Source of the DNA: Thermodesulfobacteriota bacterium
GTDB taxonomy: Bacteria; Desulfobacterota_D; UBA1144; Nemesobacterales; Nemesobacteraceae
Assembly: GCA_965202785.1 (NCBI GenBank)
Contig: OZ241855.1
Span: 1,248,001 to 1,312,000 of the forward strand
Direction of reading: 5' to 3'
DNA length: 64,000 nucleotides
Position numbers and translations under genes: made by a program. Positions 28,236 through 38,613 of this stretch are shown here, in pieces (the first letter of the stretch is position 1; each line of letters starts with the position of its first letter). The notes beneath the pieces were generated by a model. It searched no databases. It was not told where the DNA came from and worked only from the letters and a program-made list of their open reading frames with translations.

Positions 28236-28509
28236 TTGCAAAAGAACCGTCTACGTCCGCCATCTCCGCAATTGATTTTCCGGTCAGTCGCATGTAGAGG
28301 GCATCCGGACAGAGCTCAATGTCATCTCCCCAAGCTATTGCCCCATGCAAGGTTATGCGCACCATCTCAAAGCATTTACGATCATTCCAGGCTTTGAACA
28401 CGCCGTGCCCTGCCAAGTGAGATAGATTGATTTCCCCGGCCGTGCCATCCGAGTAGGAAAGCCAGATACGGTAGCCGTCTCGCGGTTTTATTTCCGTTGC
28501 TCTGATCAT
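28228..28509 (-). CDS. DUF2442 protein (putative toxin-antitoxin component)
   Basis: YRIWLSYSDG..GEINLS..GVF..IAWGDDIELCPDALY. Confidence 0.85.
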   Translation of the reverse strand: MIRATEIKPRDGYRIWLSYSDGTAGEINLSHLAGHGVFKAWNDRKCFEMVRITLHGAIAWGDDIELCPDALYMRLTGKSIAEMADVDGSFANA

Positions 28510-28703
28510 CTTCTGTTTGCCCCAGTGCTGATTTTGCGTTTTGTCTCCATAATCTTATTGCGCCGTTTAACGTGAGGGAAAATGTCGTTTAAATTCTCAC
28601 TCGCAGTTATTAAGCACTCCGCATAAGGCGTATGGAACTTCCGTTAACAAGGATGATTATAACTTTTGCCGTGCGTGGTTCAAATTCGTACCGACAAAAC
28701 TGA

Positions 28704-28900
28704 TTAAATCGAAAGCTGCCAGCCGATTGTCAAACTGTAATCGCTTTTAAGCTGCGGTCCGTCAAGGTCCTGATAAAGTGGCAATCCGATTTCAACCGTC
28801 AGGCGGTAGGAGATCATCCATTCACCCGCTTTGTGGGCATGTTCCCCTATAACTCCTATGGGGGCGTCATCATCAGGAAGCGAGGCTCCGTCGGCAGACA
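28704..28900 (-). pseudogene. Internally deleted outer-membrane transporter remnant
   Basis: N-terminal motif DAPIGVIGEHAHKAGEWMISYR is joined directly to the C-terminal motif LTVEIGLPLYQDLDGPQLKSDYSLTIGWQ. In the family as I recall it, these lie hundreds of residues apart. Confidence 0.7.
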
Positions 28901-29004
28901 GGGTCTCGCAGAGGAATGAGAGAAAAAGTCGCGGCCAAGGCGAAAAGGGACACTTCCCGCCTTGGCCGCGCAAAAAAACAGGCTCTTTTCAATCCGGCAC
29001 TCCG

Positions 29005-31278
29005 TTACTTCTTCTTGCGTCTGCCGGTTTTTTTCGCGATAAGCTTCTTCAGTTCCCTGCGGTCGGGGCTCAGCAACTCTTTTACGTAATCGACGTTTAC
29101 CTTGGTCACTATTATATGGCCGACTTCGGTGTTGACCGATTCGTAGATTCCGAGCTTCATCATTCCCTTGGTCTGCATGAGGTTGTCTTCCGTGGGGCTT
29201 ACGTAATGCACGAAATCCGTTCTGTAACGGTGAATCAGGAACAGGTGAAGTATAGTCGCGAGGCGTTTCCGGCGAAGGGATGTATCAAAATTGTTCTCAT
29301 CCCTTACGGTGAGTATTTTCTCTCCTTTTCTGTCCTGCAGTATTTCGAATATGACGTCCGCCACTTTCTCGCCCTTGCTGTTTAGGATATTAAGTTCAAG
29401 AACGAAAGTTCCCACGGTGTGGGGCTTAAGTTCGGCGGTGAATGTGTCCTTGATTTTATAGTGCCTAGTCCAGGACTCAAACCACTCCTCAAGAAGCTTG
29501 ATGGAAACCTCCGTCTGGACCAGATGCTGGAACTGCGTCGAACCCTTGCCCATGGCCTTAGTGGTCGCGGTTCTTCCGGAACTTGCAACGAGCGCTCCGT
29601 CCATGCGGGGTCCTCCGACATGGGTCTGCGGAGTCTTGTAAGGCGAATCTATGAGTCTCAGTCTTCTCTGCACGCGGGCCAGGGCGAGCATTCCGTCTTC
29701 CATAAGCGCGGTTGCGAACTCTTCTGCGGCCATACCGTCGATCTGGTGGCCTCCGTAGGTTATGAAATCGAACACGAAGCCGAGCTTTCCTATCTCTTCG
29801 GGGAATTTCTTCATCTCCTCGTCGGTCATTCCCGTCGTGTCCCAGTTAAAGGAGGGAGAGAGGTTATAGGCAAGCATCTTGTCCGGAAAAACTTCGTGGA
29901 TGGCGTCTGCGAACTGCCTTGCGTCCTCAAGGTCTGCCGTCTTGGTTTCCATCCAGAGCAGGTCGGCGAAGGGCGCCACGGCAAGCGACTTGGCGATAGC
30001 GTACTCGATCCCGCCTTTTACCTGGTAGTATCCCTCGGGCGTTCTTGAAATCTCGGGGTCCCATATGTAGTCGATCCCCAGGGAATCGGCCTTTTCCATA
30101 GCGTCTTGAGTGGAGGCGGTCTTGGCAAACTCCCTCCACTGCTCGACGGTCATGTCGAATTCAATGCCCTGCTCCATGTTAAACTCCATGAGCGTCTCTA
30201 TCGTTTCGCCGAAGGTGCTCAGGCCGGATTCCTCTTCCCATATCTCGACGAACTTGGTGACTACGGAATCCAAAGTGGTCTCAAGCTTCTGGGTGTCCCC
30301 CTTCATTGCCTCTATGTTCTCGTCCACAAACGACCCTATGCCGGTTTCCTCAAGCCACTTGTCCGTTTCCGCGTAGGTCTCTTTGCTTATCTTGTAGAGC
30401 TTGTGGCCGTTTATCTCCTTTACGCCTTTTTCGTGGATTCTTTTAAGGATCGTCAGGTAGGCGTTTTTGTAGCTGGGAATGTTGAGCTTGGTTGCTCCCA
30501 GGACAAACGGCTGGTCGCGCTCGTCCCCGTTTCCGTCAAGAAGGGTGGCGGCTTCGGCATCAGTCCTTGAAACTATTATTCCGGGCACTTCCATTATATC
30601 GAGCTGGAACCGTGCGGTGTTAAGCCTCTTTATCTGCTCGTCGGAAGGAACGAGAACCTTTCCGCCCTGGTGACCGCATTTCTTGGTTCCGGGCTTCTGG
30701 TCCTCTATGTGATAGCCTGTAACGCCCGCCTCGACGAACCTTCTGATGAGGTTTCTAACGTGGGCGTCTCCGCCGTGCCCAGTGTCCGCGTCGGCGACTA
30801 TGAATGGGCTGTAGTCGATCACGGGCGTCTGCTTCCTTTCCTTCTCGGTCATCCTTGCGCGGTTGTATCTCTGGTTCTTGTCCGCGGCCAGAAGAGCCCT
30901 CACTATGGGGGCTGCCTCGTCTGGTACCTGGCTTAGCGGATAGCTCGCGAGATCCGCTCCCTGGTCCTCGCCGATCGATCCCTTTGCCGACGTGGCCCAT
31001 CCGCCGAGATATATGCCCTCTATTCCCTTTCTTTTCATCATGACCGCCTGGCCGGGCGAATAGGGGCCGAAGGACGTTATCTGCTTTCGCTCCGAGAAAA
31101 GCTCACGGAGTCTATTGTAGAACGCCCCCGCGGCGTTTTTCGCGATCGAGTAGTCCCTTCTTATGGTTCCTCTCTGCTCCACCACCTGGCGGGGCGAGTA
31201 AAGACGGGTTATTCCCCTGAAGCGGGCGCTTGAAAAATACCTTTTCGTCTTCCTTATCTCAGCTTCTAACTGGCTCAT
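29005..31278 (-). CDS. aceA: Isocitrate lyase, long ICL2 type with C-terminal GNAT-like domain
   Basis: [20 protein letters not shown] catalytic loop, [10 protein letters not shown]; 757 aa with C-terminal [22 protein letters not shown] extension. Confidence 0.95.
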   Translation of the reverse strand: MSQLEAEIRKTKRYFSSARFRGITRLYSPRQVVEQRGTIRRDYSIAKNAAGAFYNRLRELFSERKQITSFGPYSPGQAVMMKRKGIEGIYLGGWATSAKGSIGEDQGADLASYPLSQVPDEAAPIVRALLAADKNQRYNRARMTEKERKQTPVIDYSPFIVADADTGHGGDAHVRNLIRRFVEAGVTGYHIEDQKPGTKKCGHQGGKVLVPSDEQIKRLNTARFQLDIMEVPGIIVSRTDAEAATLLDGNGDERDQPFVLGATKLNIPSYKNAYLTILKRIHEKGVKEINGHKLYKISKETYAETDKWLEETGIGSFVDENIEAMKGDTQKLETTLDSVVTKFVEIWEEESGLSTFGETIETLMEFNMEQGIEFDMTVEQWREFAKTASTQDAMEKADSLGIDYIWDPEISRTPEGYYQVKGGIEYAIAKSLAVAPFADLLWMETKTADLEDARQFADAIHEVFPDKMLAYNLSPSFNWDTTGMTDEEMKKFPEEIGKLGFVFDFITYGGHQIDGMAAEEFATALMEDGMLALARVQRRLRLIDSPYKTPQTHVGGPRMDGALVASSGRTATTKAMGKGSTQFQHLVQTEVSIKLLEEWFESWTRHYKIKDTFTAELKPHTVGTFVLELNILNSKGEKVADVIFEILQDRKGEKILTVRDENNFDTSLRRKRLATILHLFLIHRYRTDFVHYVSPTEDNLMQTKGMMKLGIYESVNTEVGHIIVTKVNVDYVKELLSPDRRELKKLIAKKTGRRKKK

Positions 31279-31322
31279 CGATATGCTCTCCTGAAAATAA
31301 AAATGATTGTTTCTTCGGGAAC

Positions 31323-33206
31323 CTAGATTACGAAATCGAGGTTCTCAGTGATTCTCGTGTCATTGCCCGCGAACTCCGTCATGTAGAGTTCGATTCTCTG
31401 CGAGGCCACGTCGTGGTCGTGGTTGTTTAGGTTTATGTTGAGCAGGTCTATGTACCACGGCACCTTTACGTCGTCAAGCACGTAGGCTTTCACTATCTGC
31501 TTCGCTATCGGAAGGGTTGTGGGCTTAGAGATGTCGTGGACGTCCCTGTCGCTTGCCGCCTGAAGCTTTGCGTACTCTTCCTCAAGAAGCCTCTCGAAGA
31601 CCTCGACGGTGAACGTGTCTCCGGCCTTAAGCCCGGTCTCGGCATCATCCTCGGTGAGATCCGCTCCCTTGTGGATCCACTCCCAGAGTATGCTGAGCCT
31701 TATCTCCCCGGTCGCGGCGTCCTCCATCAGGTAGAGGATATCGTCGTTTCCGAAGAAGTCGGCGGGCTTAAGCGCCGCGGCCTGGAATCCCTGGCCGAAC
31801 GCGTTTCCGTACTGAAGTCCGACGCTAAGCAGGTTGCGCGCCCCTCTTATCGTTCTCGGGGCGGGCTCAAGAAGTATGAGGCCGTCTGCGTCCTCCTGGG
31901 TGTAGGTAAGTGGTGGGAACTCTCTTCCGAGTTGGTTCTCCTCGCCTGCCTTGTCCCAGACAGGTCTTATTATGTGGACCATCTTCCAGTGGGCAACCCA
32001 TTTGCCGCTTGCTCCTTCCTGCTGCTCCCTTACGGCCCCGGCGTAGGCCTTCTCCATGCTGCTCTCGACCCCTTCCTTCGATCCCACGGGTATGTTCGGT
32101 TCCATGCCTCCCTGCCAGAGCGCGAAGTTCCCGTTTACGTCCGGGGTGTTTACGGCCCTTCTAACGCGGTCCTCGTAGTTTCTCATGTATCCGTAGGTCA
32201 TGGTGATCGACTCTATGTTCGGGTTAACGAAATCCTCATCCCACGCCATGGCGTCAGAGACGCTGTTTATGTAATCCCACCTGCCGGTGTTAAACCCGGC
32301 GAAGTGCTTGCCGAGAACTGCTCTTATCTCCATGAGCTGGAACGTTTCCTCGAGCTGCTCTATAAGCACGTATACCTTTATCGTGCCTTCGGGAAGCCCG
32401 ATGTGGCCCTCAAGGGCGGTCAGCATCTCGTTCCAGAGCGCGGCTTCCTCTGCGGTCTGGATCTTCGGCAGGTAAAGGACTATGGATGAATTTCTCTTGG
32501 CAAGTTCCCTGTAGTTGTTAACGACAAAAAGCGTCATGTCGACCACGGAAGCCGAAAGCGCTACGCCATTAGCGCCGCGTATGTGACGGTCATCGAGGTG
32601 AAGTCCCCTCGCCCGGAAAATAACGGTGGTGAAGTCAAGCTGCTTTTCCCAGTCCTCGATTATGTCGTGTCCGAAAAAGCTCTGCCCCCACCTGTTCATC
32701 TCCCCGGCCACTCCTTCAGCCGTTTTCATGAACACTTCGTCCCTCGCGATTGCGAGCTTGAGATTGCGCTGGTTGTCAAGGGACATAGTCGAGATCTGCC
32801 CCAAGGCGTCCTCGCCGTCGAACATCCACCCGTCCGCGCCCGAGAGAAGGGCGTAAGCGACGTTCCTTATGCTTTTTTCAACCGGGGAGTTCGGTTTTGC
32901 AGCAGGTCCGGTTCCCTGTATCCACTGTCTTCTTAGGTCATGGGGAATCTCCGGCCCCTCGAATTTTCCGTCCCTTGCGTCCTGGACCTTCATGTTGGTG
33001 CGCGGTATGAGAGAATCGGGATCAAGAAAAGTTATTCTTTCCTTGGATTCGTAGCGCCTTTTTCTTCTCTGGGTCCTTTTTTCCATGAGGGCCTTCTGCT
33101 CGCCGTTGAAGCGGGCCATGAATTCAAGAGCCTCTAGCGCTTCCGGCGTGTACACGTCCCCGTAGGATTGCTCGATGTTGTCTCTTATGTGCAGTGTGAT
33201 GCCCAT
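31323..33206 (-). CDS. aceB: Malate synthase
   Basis: [54 protein letters not shown]; upstream of aceA. Confidence 0.92.
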   Translation of the reverse strand: MGITLHIRDNIEQSYGDVYTPEALEALEFMARFNGEQKALMEKRTQRRKRRYESKERITFLDPDSLIPRTNMKVQDARDGKFEGPEIPHDLRRQWIQGTGPAAKPNSPVEKSIRNVAYALLSGADGWMFDGEDALGQISTMSLDNQRNLKLAIARDEVFMKTAEGVAGEMNRWGQSFFGHDIIEDWEKQLDFTTVIFRARGLHLDDRHIRGANGVALSASVVDMTLFVVNNYRELAKRNSSIVLYLPKIQTAEEAALWNEMLTALEGHIGLPEGTIKVYVLIEQLEETFQLMEIRAVLGKHFAGFNTGRWDYINSVSDAMAWDEDFVNPNIESITMTYGYMRNYEDRVRRAVNTPDVNGNFALWQGGMEPNIPVGSKEGVESSMEKAYAGAVREQQEGASGKWVAHWKMVHIIRPVWDKAGEENQLGREFPPLTYTQEDADGLILLEPAPRTIRGARNLLSVGLQYGNAFGQGFQAAALKPADFFGNDDILYLMEDAATGEIRLSILWEWIHKGADLTEDDAETGLKAGDTFTVEVFERLLEEEYAKLQAASDRDVHDISKPTTLPIAKQIVKAYVLDDVKVPWYIDLLNINLNNHDHDVASQRIELYMTEFAGNDTRITENLDFVI

Positions 33207-33479
33207 TGGTTCTTTGCTCCTCGGATGCCTGTTATGATTGAATAAAAACAGCCTAGTATAAACAAGTTCTCGATTAAATCAAATATCCCGGCCGGAACCC
33301 CTTGGGCGTCGGGGAAAGCGACGGTTTTTTAGCTTTGAGCGGGATCGTGCAGGCGAGCTGAGAAGGGGCTTTTACGCTGCTGGTGCGCGAGGACTTCGTA
33401 GTGGAAGACGGGCGGGCAGGAGCACCGGTATTTCCCGGCTGACACAGCTAAAACCTTACGCGTCTCTTCCTTTGACCGC

Positions 33480-35240
33480 TCAATCGGATGAAGGAGCTGG
33501 TGCCTTCACGCGGATCTTGAGGATGTCCGTGTCGTAGTACTGCTGATGTTGTACCGACGAGGCAATGTGTTTCAACAGTCGCAGAGACACCTCTTGTTCA
33601 GTCGGGACTTCCGTCGCTCGCTCGCCTAGCAGCGCTATCTGGTCTTCGAGATTCTCTTCAGTGGCTGATGCAATGAATTCAAGCACGGCCTCGTCGCCTT
33701 CCTTGTGCGCAATAATGCGCAGTCGCCGCAAGGGCTCGTCCTCATCTGATGTCGTCTTCTGCTCAAGCAGTGTGAGCAGGGTTTCTTCGCTAGCTGCATC
33801 AAGGCGGTCAGCCATTGCCTCCCCCCAACCGCTGTGGGAAGCAAACGATCGCAGAAACTCCCGGATTTTCGGCAATATCGTAATGTGGAACGGAAGCTCT
33901 ATGCGTCTTCGCCGAGGTTCAGTGAGTTCGATAAAAAGCGTCAGGAGCAGAGCGGCGAGACCACCTGCCGTCATGCCGTTCTGCAATAAGCCACCGGCAA
34001 ATTCCGCAAAATACTCAGGGAAGATCACGCCGTTCTGAAAGCCGACACCTACCCAGAATGAAACTCCTGCAATCATGCCTTTGCGGTAGTCAATTCCGTC
34101 CTGGACGACAACCTTCATTCCAACCACAAACAGCATGGCTACCAGGATGGCCAGATACCCGGCGGCCACCGGACTCGGAATTGCAAGAATTGCGCCGAGC
34201 GCCTTGGGGAAGCACGCCAGAATGAGAAAGACTATGCCCGCAGCAATCCCGACTGTCCGGGTTCCCACTCCGGTAAGTTCCGTTACTGATACGCTGGTCG
34301 AGTACGTCGTATTTGGAATCGTGCCGGCGCACCCGGATAGCAGGTTGCCCACCCCATCGGCAGCCACGGCTCCCTGAACGGAACGAAAGTCTACGGCTCG
34401 TGGCCGTCGCCACGAAATGCGCTGAATTGCTACGGAGTCACCAACTGTTTCGATTGCACCAATCAGGGTGACAAAGATAAACCCGGGAAGAAGCGCCCAG
34501 AATGTCGGTCCAAAACTCAGATCCAAGCCGGGCCAGCCTCCTTTCGGAAATCCGATCCAGGCGGCCTCGGAAATGCGTGCCGTGTCGTAAATTCCGAAAA
34601 AGCCGCCGACAATGGACCCTAAAATGACGCCTGCTACGGGTGCCCAAAGTCGAAATACACCGGTGCCCTTGAGGGCGATGGCAGTGATGACAAGTACGGT
34701 CACGAGCGCACTGATGGGGGCGGCTTGGGGATGTGCGGCGTCCTGAACGTTGTCCAGGAGATCGAAAATTATCGGCATCACGGTAACAGAAATCAGCATG
34801 ATTACCGTGCCCGCGACTGTGGGGGTGAGTATCCGGCGAAACAGGGAAAGACGTCTCGCCAGGGCAAATTGAAACAAGGACGAGATAATTACGAGCGTCG
34901 CCAACATGGCGGGTCCGCCTTGCGCGATCGCAGTGATACAGATTGCGATGAATGCGCCGGAGGTGCCCATCAGGAGGACATACCCTGCGCCGATTCGACC
35001 AACTTTGACGGCCTGCAATATCGTGCTGATCCCGCTGATCACGACTGATGCGAATACCGCCCACATCATGTAAGTCTCAGATCCGCCGGCTGCCTTGATC
35101 ACGATTAACGGCGTGAGGACGATTCCCGATATGGTGAGAATGGCAAGTTGCAAGCCCAGCCCGGCTACCAGTAGCGTTGGAGGTCTGTCGTTGGGTTCGT
35201 AGCGGACGTCTGATCGCAAAGTGGAAGTATCGGTAGACAT
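33480..35240 (-). CDS. NCS2 (xanthine/uracil permease) family transporter with C-terminal soluble extension
   Basis: GLQ TM1, MGTSGAF, IETVGD, GAVAADGVGN, CFPK..LAIPSPV; ~145-aa soluble tail. Confidence 0.88.
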   Translation of the reverse strand: MSTDTSTLRSDVRYEPNDRPPTLLVAGLGLQLAILTISGIVLTPLIVIKAAGGSETYMMWAVFASVVISGISTILQAVKVGRIGAGYVLLMGTSGAFIAICITAIAQGGPAMLATLVIISSLFQFALARRLSLFRRILTPTVAGTVIMLISVTVMPIIFDLLDNVQDAAHPQAAPISALVTVLVITAIALKGTGVFRLWAPVAGVILGSIVGGFFGIYDTARISEAAWIGFPKGGWPGLDLSFGPTFWALLPGFIFVTLIGAIETVGDSVAIQRISWRRPRAVDFRSVQGAVAADGVGNLLSGCAGTIPNTTYSTSVSVTELTGVGTRTVGIAAGIVFLILACFPKALGAILAIPSPVAAGYLAILVAMLFVVGMKVVVQDGIDYRKGMIAGVSFWVGVGFQNGVIFPEYFAEFAGGLLQNGMTAGGLAALLLTLFIELTEPRRRRIELPFHITILPKIREFLRSFASHSGWGEAMADRLDAASEETLLTLLEQKTTSDEDEPLRRLRIIAHKEGDEAVLEFIASATEENLEDQIALLGERATEVPTEQEVSLRLLKHIASSVQHQQYYDTDILKIRVKAPAPSSD

Positions 35241-35443
35241 GCCGATACTATACTAAAACGGTCAGATTTTTCCACGGAGCAACAAATGCAGGCTGGAAGC
35301 ATGACAACAGGGTGCCAATCCAGCACTGACGAAGGCAGATGTAGAACTTCTGGCGACTCTCTCTCGGCAATTTGTCTGTTAACCAGGTTGCCGGTATATT
35401 AGCAAATTCGGTTTTTACCTAATAGACGACAGAAGATTTCGAA

Positions 35444-35522
35444 GGTGGGTGTAGCTCAGTCCGGTTAGAGCACTTGGTTGTGGCCCAAGAGGTCGCCGGT
35501 TCAAATCCGGTCATCCACCCCA
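35444..35522 (+). tRNA. tRNA-His(GTG)
   Basis: G-1 plus GTGGGTG/CATCCAC, discriminator C, CCA; anticodon arm CTTGG-TTGTGGC-CCAAG. Confidence 0.96.
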
Positions 35523-35554
35523 TTTCCTTACAGGCAGCGGAAAACTAAAGACAG

Positions 35555-36655
35555 ATGGGACTTCGATGCGGAATAGTAGGGCTTCCCAATGTCGGGAAGT
35601 CAACTCTCTTTAACGCGCTTACAAACGCGGGTGCGGCGGCCTCCAACTTTCCTTTCTGCACAATAGATCCCAATGTGGGAGTGGTAGGGGTCCCGGACCC
35701 GAGGCTCTATGCCCTCTCCAATATCGTAAAACCCCAGAAAACTGTTCCCACCAGCCTGGAGATAGTAGACATCGCGGGCCTTGTGAAGGGGGCTTCTGAG
35801 GGAAAGGGCAAGGGAAACGCCTTTTTGTCACACATAAGGGAGGTTGACCTGATACTCCATGTCGTTAGATGTTTTGAGGATGAGAACGTGATCCACGTCG
35901 AGGAGGGAATCGATGCCATCCGCGACATCCGCACTATCGAGGACGAACTTATCCTCAAGGATCTCGAGACGGTGGAGAAAAGGGAGGAGAAACTCGCAAA
36001 TCAGGCCAAAAGCAGGGATAAGGACGTAATAAGGGAGCTTGAGACCGTGAAGTCGCTTCGGGAGTTTATAGAAAGCGGGCGGCGCGCGAGGGATTTCCCG
36101 CGCCCGGAAGGAAGCACGGACACTGTAAGGGAGCTTTTTCTCCTTAGCGAAAAACCCGTTATCTACGTCTGCAACGTCTCAGAAGAGGAGGTCTCGGAAG
36201 CGGGGGAGAACGCCGAGGTCAGGAAGGTACGGGAGCACGCGGAGGGCTCGGGAGACGATGTCATCGTCGTTTCGGCCAGGATAGAGGCCGAGATAGCCGA
36301 GCTTGAGGGTGAGGAGAAGGCTGTTTTTCTCGAGGAACTCGGGCTTCGCGCTTCCGGTCTTGACAGGCTCGTTAACTGCGCGTACTCGAATCTCGGGCTT
36401 CTTACCTATTTCACCACGGGACCGAAGGAGGTAAGGGCCTGGACGGTGAGGCGCGGAACCAGGGCGCCCCAGGCGGCCGGGATGATCCATACCGATTTCG
36501 AAAGGGGTTTCATAAGGGCCGAGACCATATCCTACGAGGATTACGTGGGGGAAGGTTCCGAGCAGATGGTGAGGGAAGCCGGGAAGATGAGGCTTGAGGG
36601 AAAGGACTACGAGGTCTGCGACGGGGACGTCATGTTTTTCAGGTTCAACGTCTGA
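35555..36655 (+). CDS. ychF: Redox-regulated ATPase YchF
   Basis: GIVGLPNVGKSTLFNALT, FPFCTIDPN, DIAGLV, IHTDFERGFIRAE, FRFNV. Confidence 0.97.
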   Translation: MGLRCGIVGLPNVGKSTLFNALTNAGAAASNFPFCTIDPNVGVVGVPDPRLYALSNIVKPQKTVPTSLEIVDIAGLVKGASEGKGKGNAFLSHIREVDLILHVVRCFEDENVIHVEEGIDAIRDIRTIEDELILKDLETVEKREEKLANQAKSRDKDVIRELETVKSLREFIESGRRARDFPRPEGSTDTVRELFLLSEKPVIYVCNVSEEEVSEAGENAEVRKVREHAEGSGDDVIVVSARIEAEIAELEGEEKAVFLEELGLRASGLDRLVNCAYSNLGLLTYFTTGPKEVRAWTVRRGTRAPQAAGMIHTDFERGFIRAETISYEDYVGEGSEQMVREAGKMRLEGKDYEVCDGDVMFFRFNV

Positions 36656-36714
36656 TCCGCCCGCGCCCGGTTTTGCCTGCTCCCGCCTTGTTCGGATAGA
36701 ATTCTCAAAAGGGC

Positions 36715-37821
36715 ATGATCTATAAAACTTTCCTAAGGCCGGTCCTTGACCGTCTTGATTCAGAAACGTGGCACCATAACGTAAAGGAGCTCATGCACGT
36801 CTGCGAGCTCTCGGGTCTTACCCTGAGACTGCTTGAATTAGCCGCAAGCGGCGGAAGCAGGTTTGGGAACAGAAGACTAGCCGTCACGGTAGCCGGGATA
36901 CCTTTTGAGAACCCGCTTATCGTGGGTGCCGGATGGGACAAGACCGGCAGAGCGCTTCGGGCGCTTTACTCTATTGGTTTTGCGGGGGTCGAGGTGGGTT
37001 CGGTCGTGGAGAGGTCCCAGAGAGGAAATCCCAGGCCCAGGCAGTTCATGGTAACCCCCGATGTGTGCCTTAATTCCCTTGGCCTTAACAGCCCGGGGAT
37101 GGATGCTGTTCTTGAAAACCTCAGGTGGTACGGGCACTTGGACATGCCGGTAGGTATAAACCTGGGCATAAACTCTGATGTAAGCCATGATGATGCCCCG
37201 CGGGCCTACGCCGCCGTCGCGCGGAAATTCCGCTCCGACGCTTCCTACTTCGCCATAAACGTGAGTTCCCCCAACACCCCGGGGCTGAGGAAGCTTCAGG
37301 ACGGAGGGCGCCTTAAGGAGATAATACGTGCGGTAACGGAGTCACTCGTTGATTCCTCGGGCGTTGGGCGGCCCCTGTTCGTAAAAATCTCCCCCGATCT
37401 TTCCATAGAAGCGATAGACGATCTTCTTGGGGTAGTGATTGATTCCGGGATTTCGGGCGTAATCGCCACCAACACGAGCGACAACCGGGCTCTCAAGAGA
37501 AAGTATGGTGCGAAGTGGGAAGGTCTTCCCGGGGGGATAAGCGGAAACGATTCTGAGTACAGGTCGCTTTCGACGTCAATTATTTCCCACATTTACCGCA
37601 CCGTCGGCGGGAAGCTTGAGATAATCGGGGTCGGGGGCGTGAGCGACGCGGCTTCTGCGCTTGAGAAGCTTCGCGCTGGCGCGAAGGCCCTCCAGGTGGT
37701 CACGGGTCTTCGCGGAGAGGGCCTGTCGGTTGCGAACTCCATAAACAGGGGGCTTCTCCGGTTCATGGATGAAAACGGAATCAAAAATCTGAGTGAAATT
37801 ACCGGTTCAGACCATGGATGA
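36715..37821 (+). CDS. pyrD: Quinone-dependent dihydroorotate dehydrogenase (class 2)
   Basis: AGWDK, QRGNPRPR, NVSSPNTPGLR, VKISPDL, ATNT, IIGVGGV. Confidence 0.93.
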   Translation: MIYKTFLRPVLDRLDSETWHHNVKELMHVCELSGLTLRLLELAASGGSRFGNRRLAVTVAGIPFENPLIVGAGWDKTGRALRALYSIGFAGVEVGSVVERSQRGNPRPRQFMVTPDVCLNSLGLNSPGMDAVLENLRWYGHLDMPVGINLGINSDVSHDDAPRAYAAVARKFRSDASYFAINVSSPNTPGLRKLQDGGRLKEIIRAVTESLVDSSGVGRPLFVKISPDLSIEAIDDLLGVVIDSGISGVIATNTSDNRALKRKYGAKWEGLPGGISGNDSEYRSLSTSIISHIYRTVGGKLEIIGVGGVSDAASALEKLRAGAKALQVVTGLRGEGLSVANSINRGLLRFMDENGIKNLSEITGSDHG

Positions 37822-37981
37822 ACTGAACAAGCGCACGAAGAAATGATGCTGAGGGGTATGTGGGCAAAAACTATATCTGTTGTGGCGACGGTCGTGACGC
37901 GTTCAAAGTCACTCGATTTATCTTGGCTGACGGTACGATTTCCAGGTTTGATGGTTACATAATTCCCTAAAAATTGCATTG

Positions 37982-37990
37982 TGTTATAAT
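37982..37990 (+). promoter_or_regulatory. Extended -10 promoter (TGnTATAAT) 6 nt before hicB ATG
   Basis: TGTTATAAT-TCCAGC-ATG with no SD. Confidence 0.55.
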
Positions 37991-37996
37991 TCCAGC

Positions 37997-38224
37997 ATGA
38001 AAGATTTTGTGGTGTTAATAAGAAAAGAAGGGAATACCTATGTGTCTCTTTGTCCAGTAACTCTGGTTTCGAGTTATGGAGAAACGGAAGAGGAAGTCAT
38101 TGAGCACCACAAAGAGGCAATGGAGTTGTTTCTTGAAGATATGTCAGAGGCGGAGATTCAGGAAATAGCTGCCTTTATGTCTCCTATGAATATCAGTTCA
38201 GTGCAAATTTCTTTAGCAGGGTAG
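37997..38224 (+). CDS. hicB: HicB-family antitoxin (short, no obvious DNA-binding domain)
   Basis: YVSLCP...SYGETEEEVIEHHKEAMELFLE partial RNase H-like HicB core. Confidence 0.8.
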   Translation: MKDFVVLIRKEGNTYVSLCPVTLVSSYGETEEEVIEHHKEAMELFLEDMSEAEIQEIAAFMSPMNISSVQISLAG

Positions 38225-38228
38225 GATT

Positions 38229-38453
38229 TTGAGCCGCCTTGTCCCCCTGCCTTTCAACAAAGTAAGAGAAGTTTTGTTGAACTCGGGATTTGTGCTCAAG
38301 AGTTCGAAAGGCAGTCACTTCAAGTACGAAAACAAGCGGACTGGAAAAATTGTAATTGTCCCGCGTCATGGCAACAAAGATATTCCAGTTGGTACACTCC
38401 ATGCCATTATAAGTCGCTCGGGCCTCTCAAGGGAACTGTTTGTTGCAAGCTAA
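38229..38453 (+). CDS. hicA: HicA-family mRNA interferase toxin
   Basis: GF...KGSHFKY..IVIVPRHG.KDIPVGTLHAII. Confidence 0.9.
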   Translation: MSRLVPLPFNKVREVLLNSGFVLKSSKGSHFKYENKRTGKIVIVPRHGNKDIPVGTLHAIISRSGLSRELFVAS

Positions 38454-38613
38454 GTCCACTTATGGGCAATTAAATACCGTATATAATCCGGTACCGTCTT
38501 AAAGGTTTTCTTGATTTTTATTCTGCAAACAACATGCCTGCTGTTATATTAGATATACCGAATGCCAAGACTGAAATCTGCTTGGGGAGATTAGTCTTAG
38601 GTGCACTTGTGAA

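Noticed and set aside
33300-33470. Possible gene relic or ncRNA between aceB and the NCS2 gene
   Set aside because: Short frames and weak hairpins with nothing recognisable.
35270-35345. SAM-I riboswitch-like GGTGCCAATCC segment
   Set aside because: Lacks the ATC-AGAG, GAGGGA-GGCCC and GCAACC core, and points toward a tRNA rather than a methionine gene.
37821-37975. Short Cys-containing frame after pyrD
   Set aside because: No start, SD or family match.
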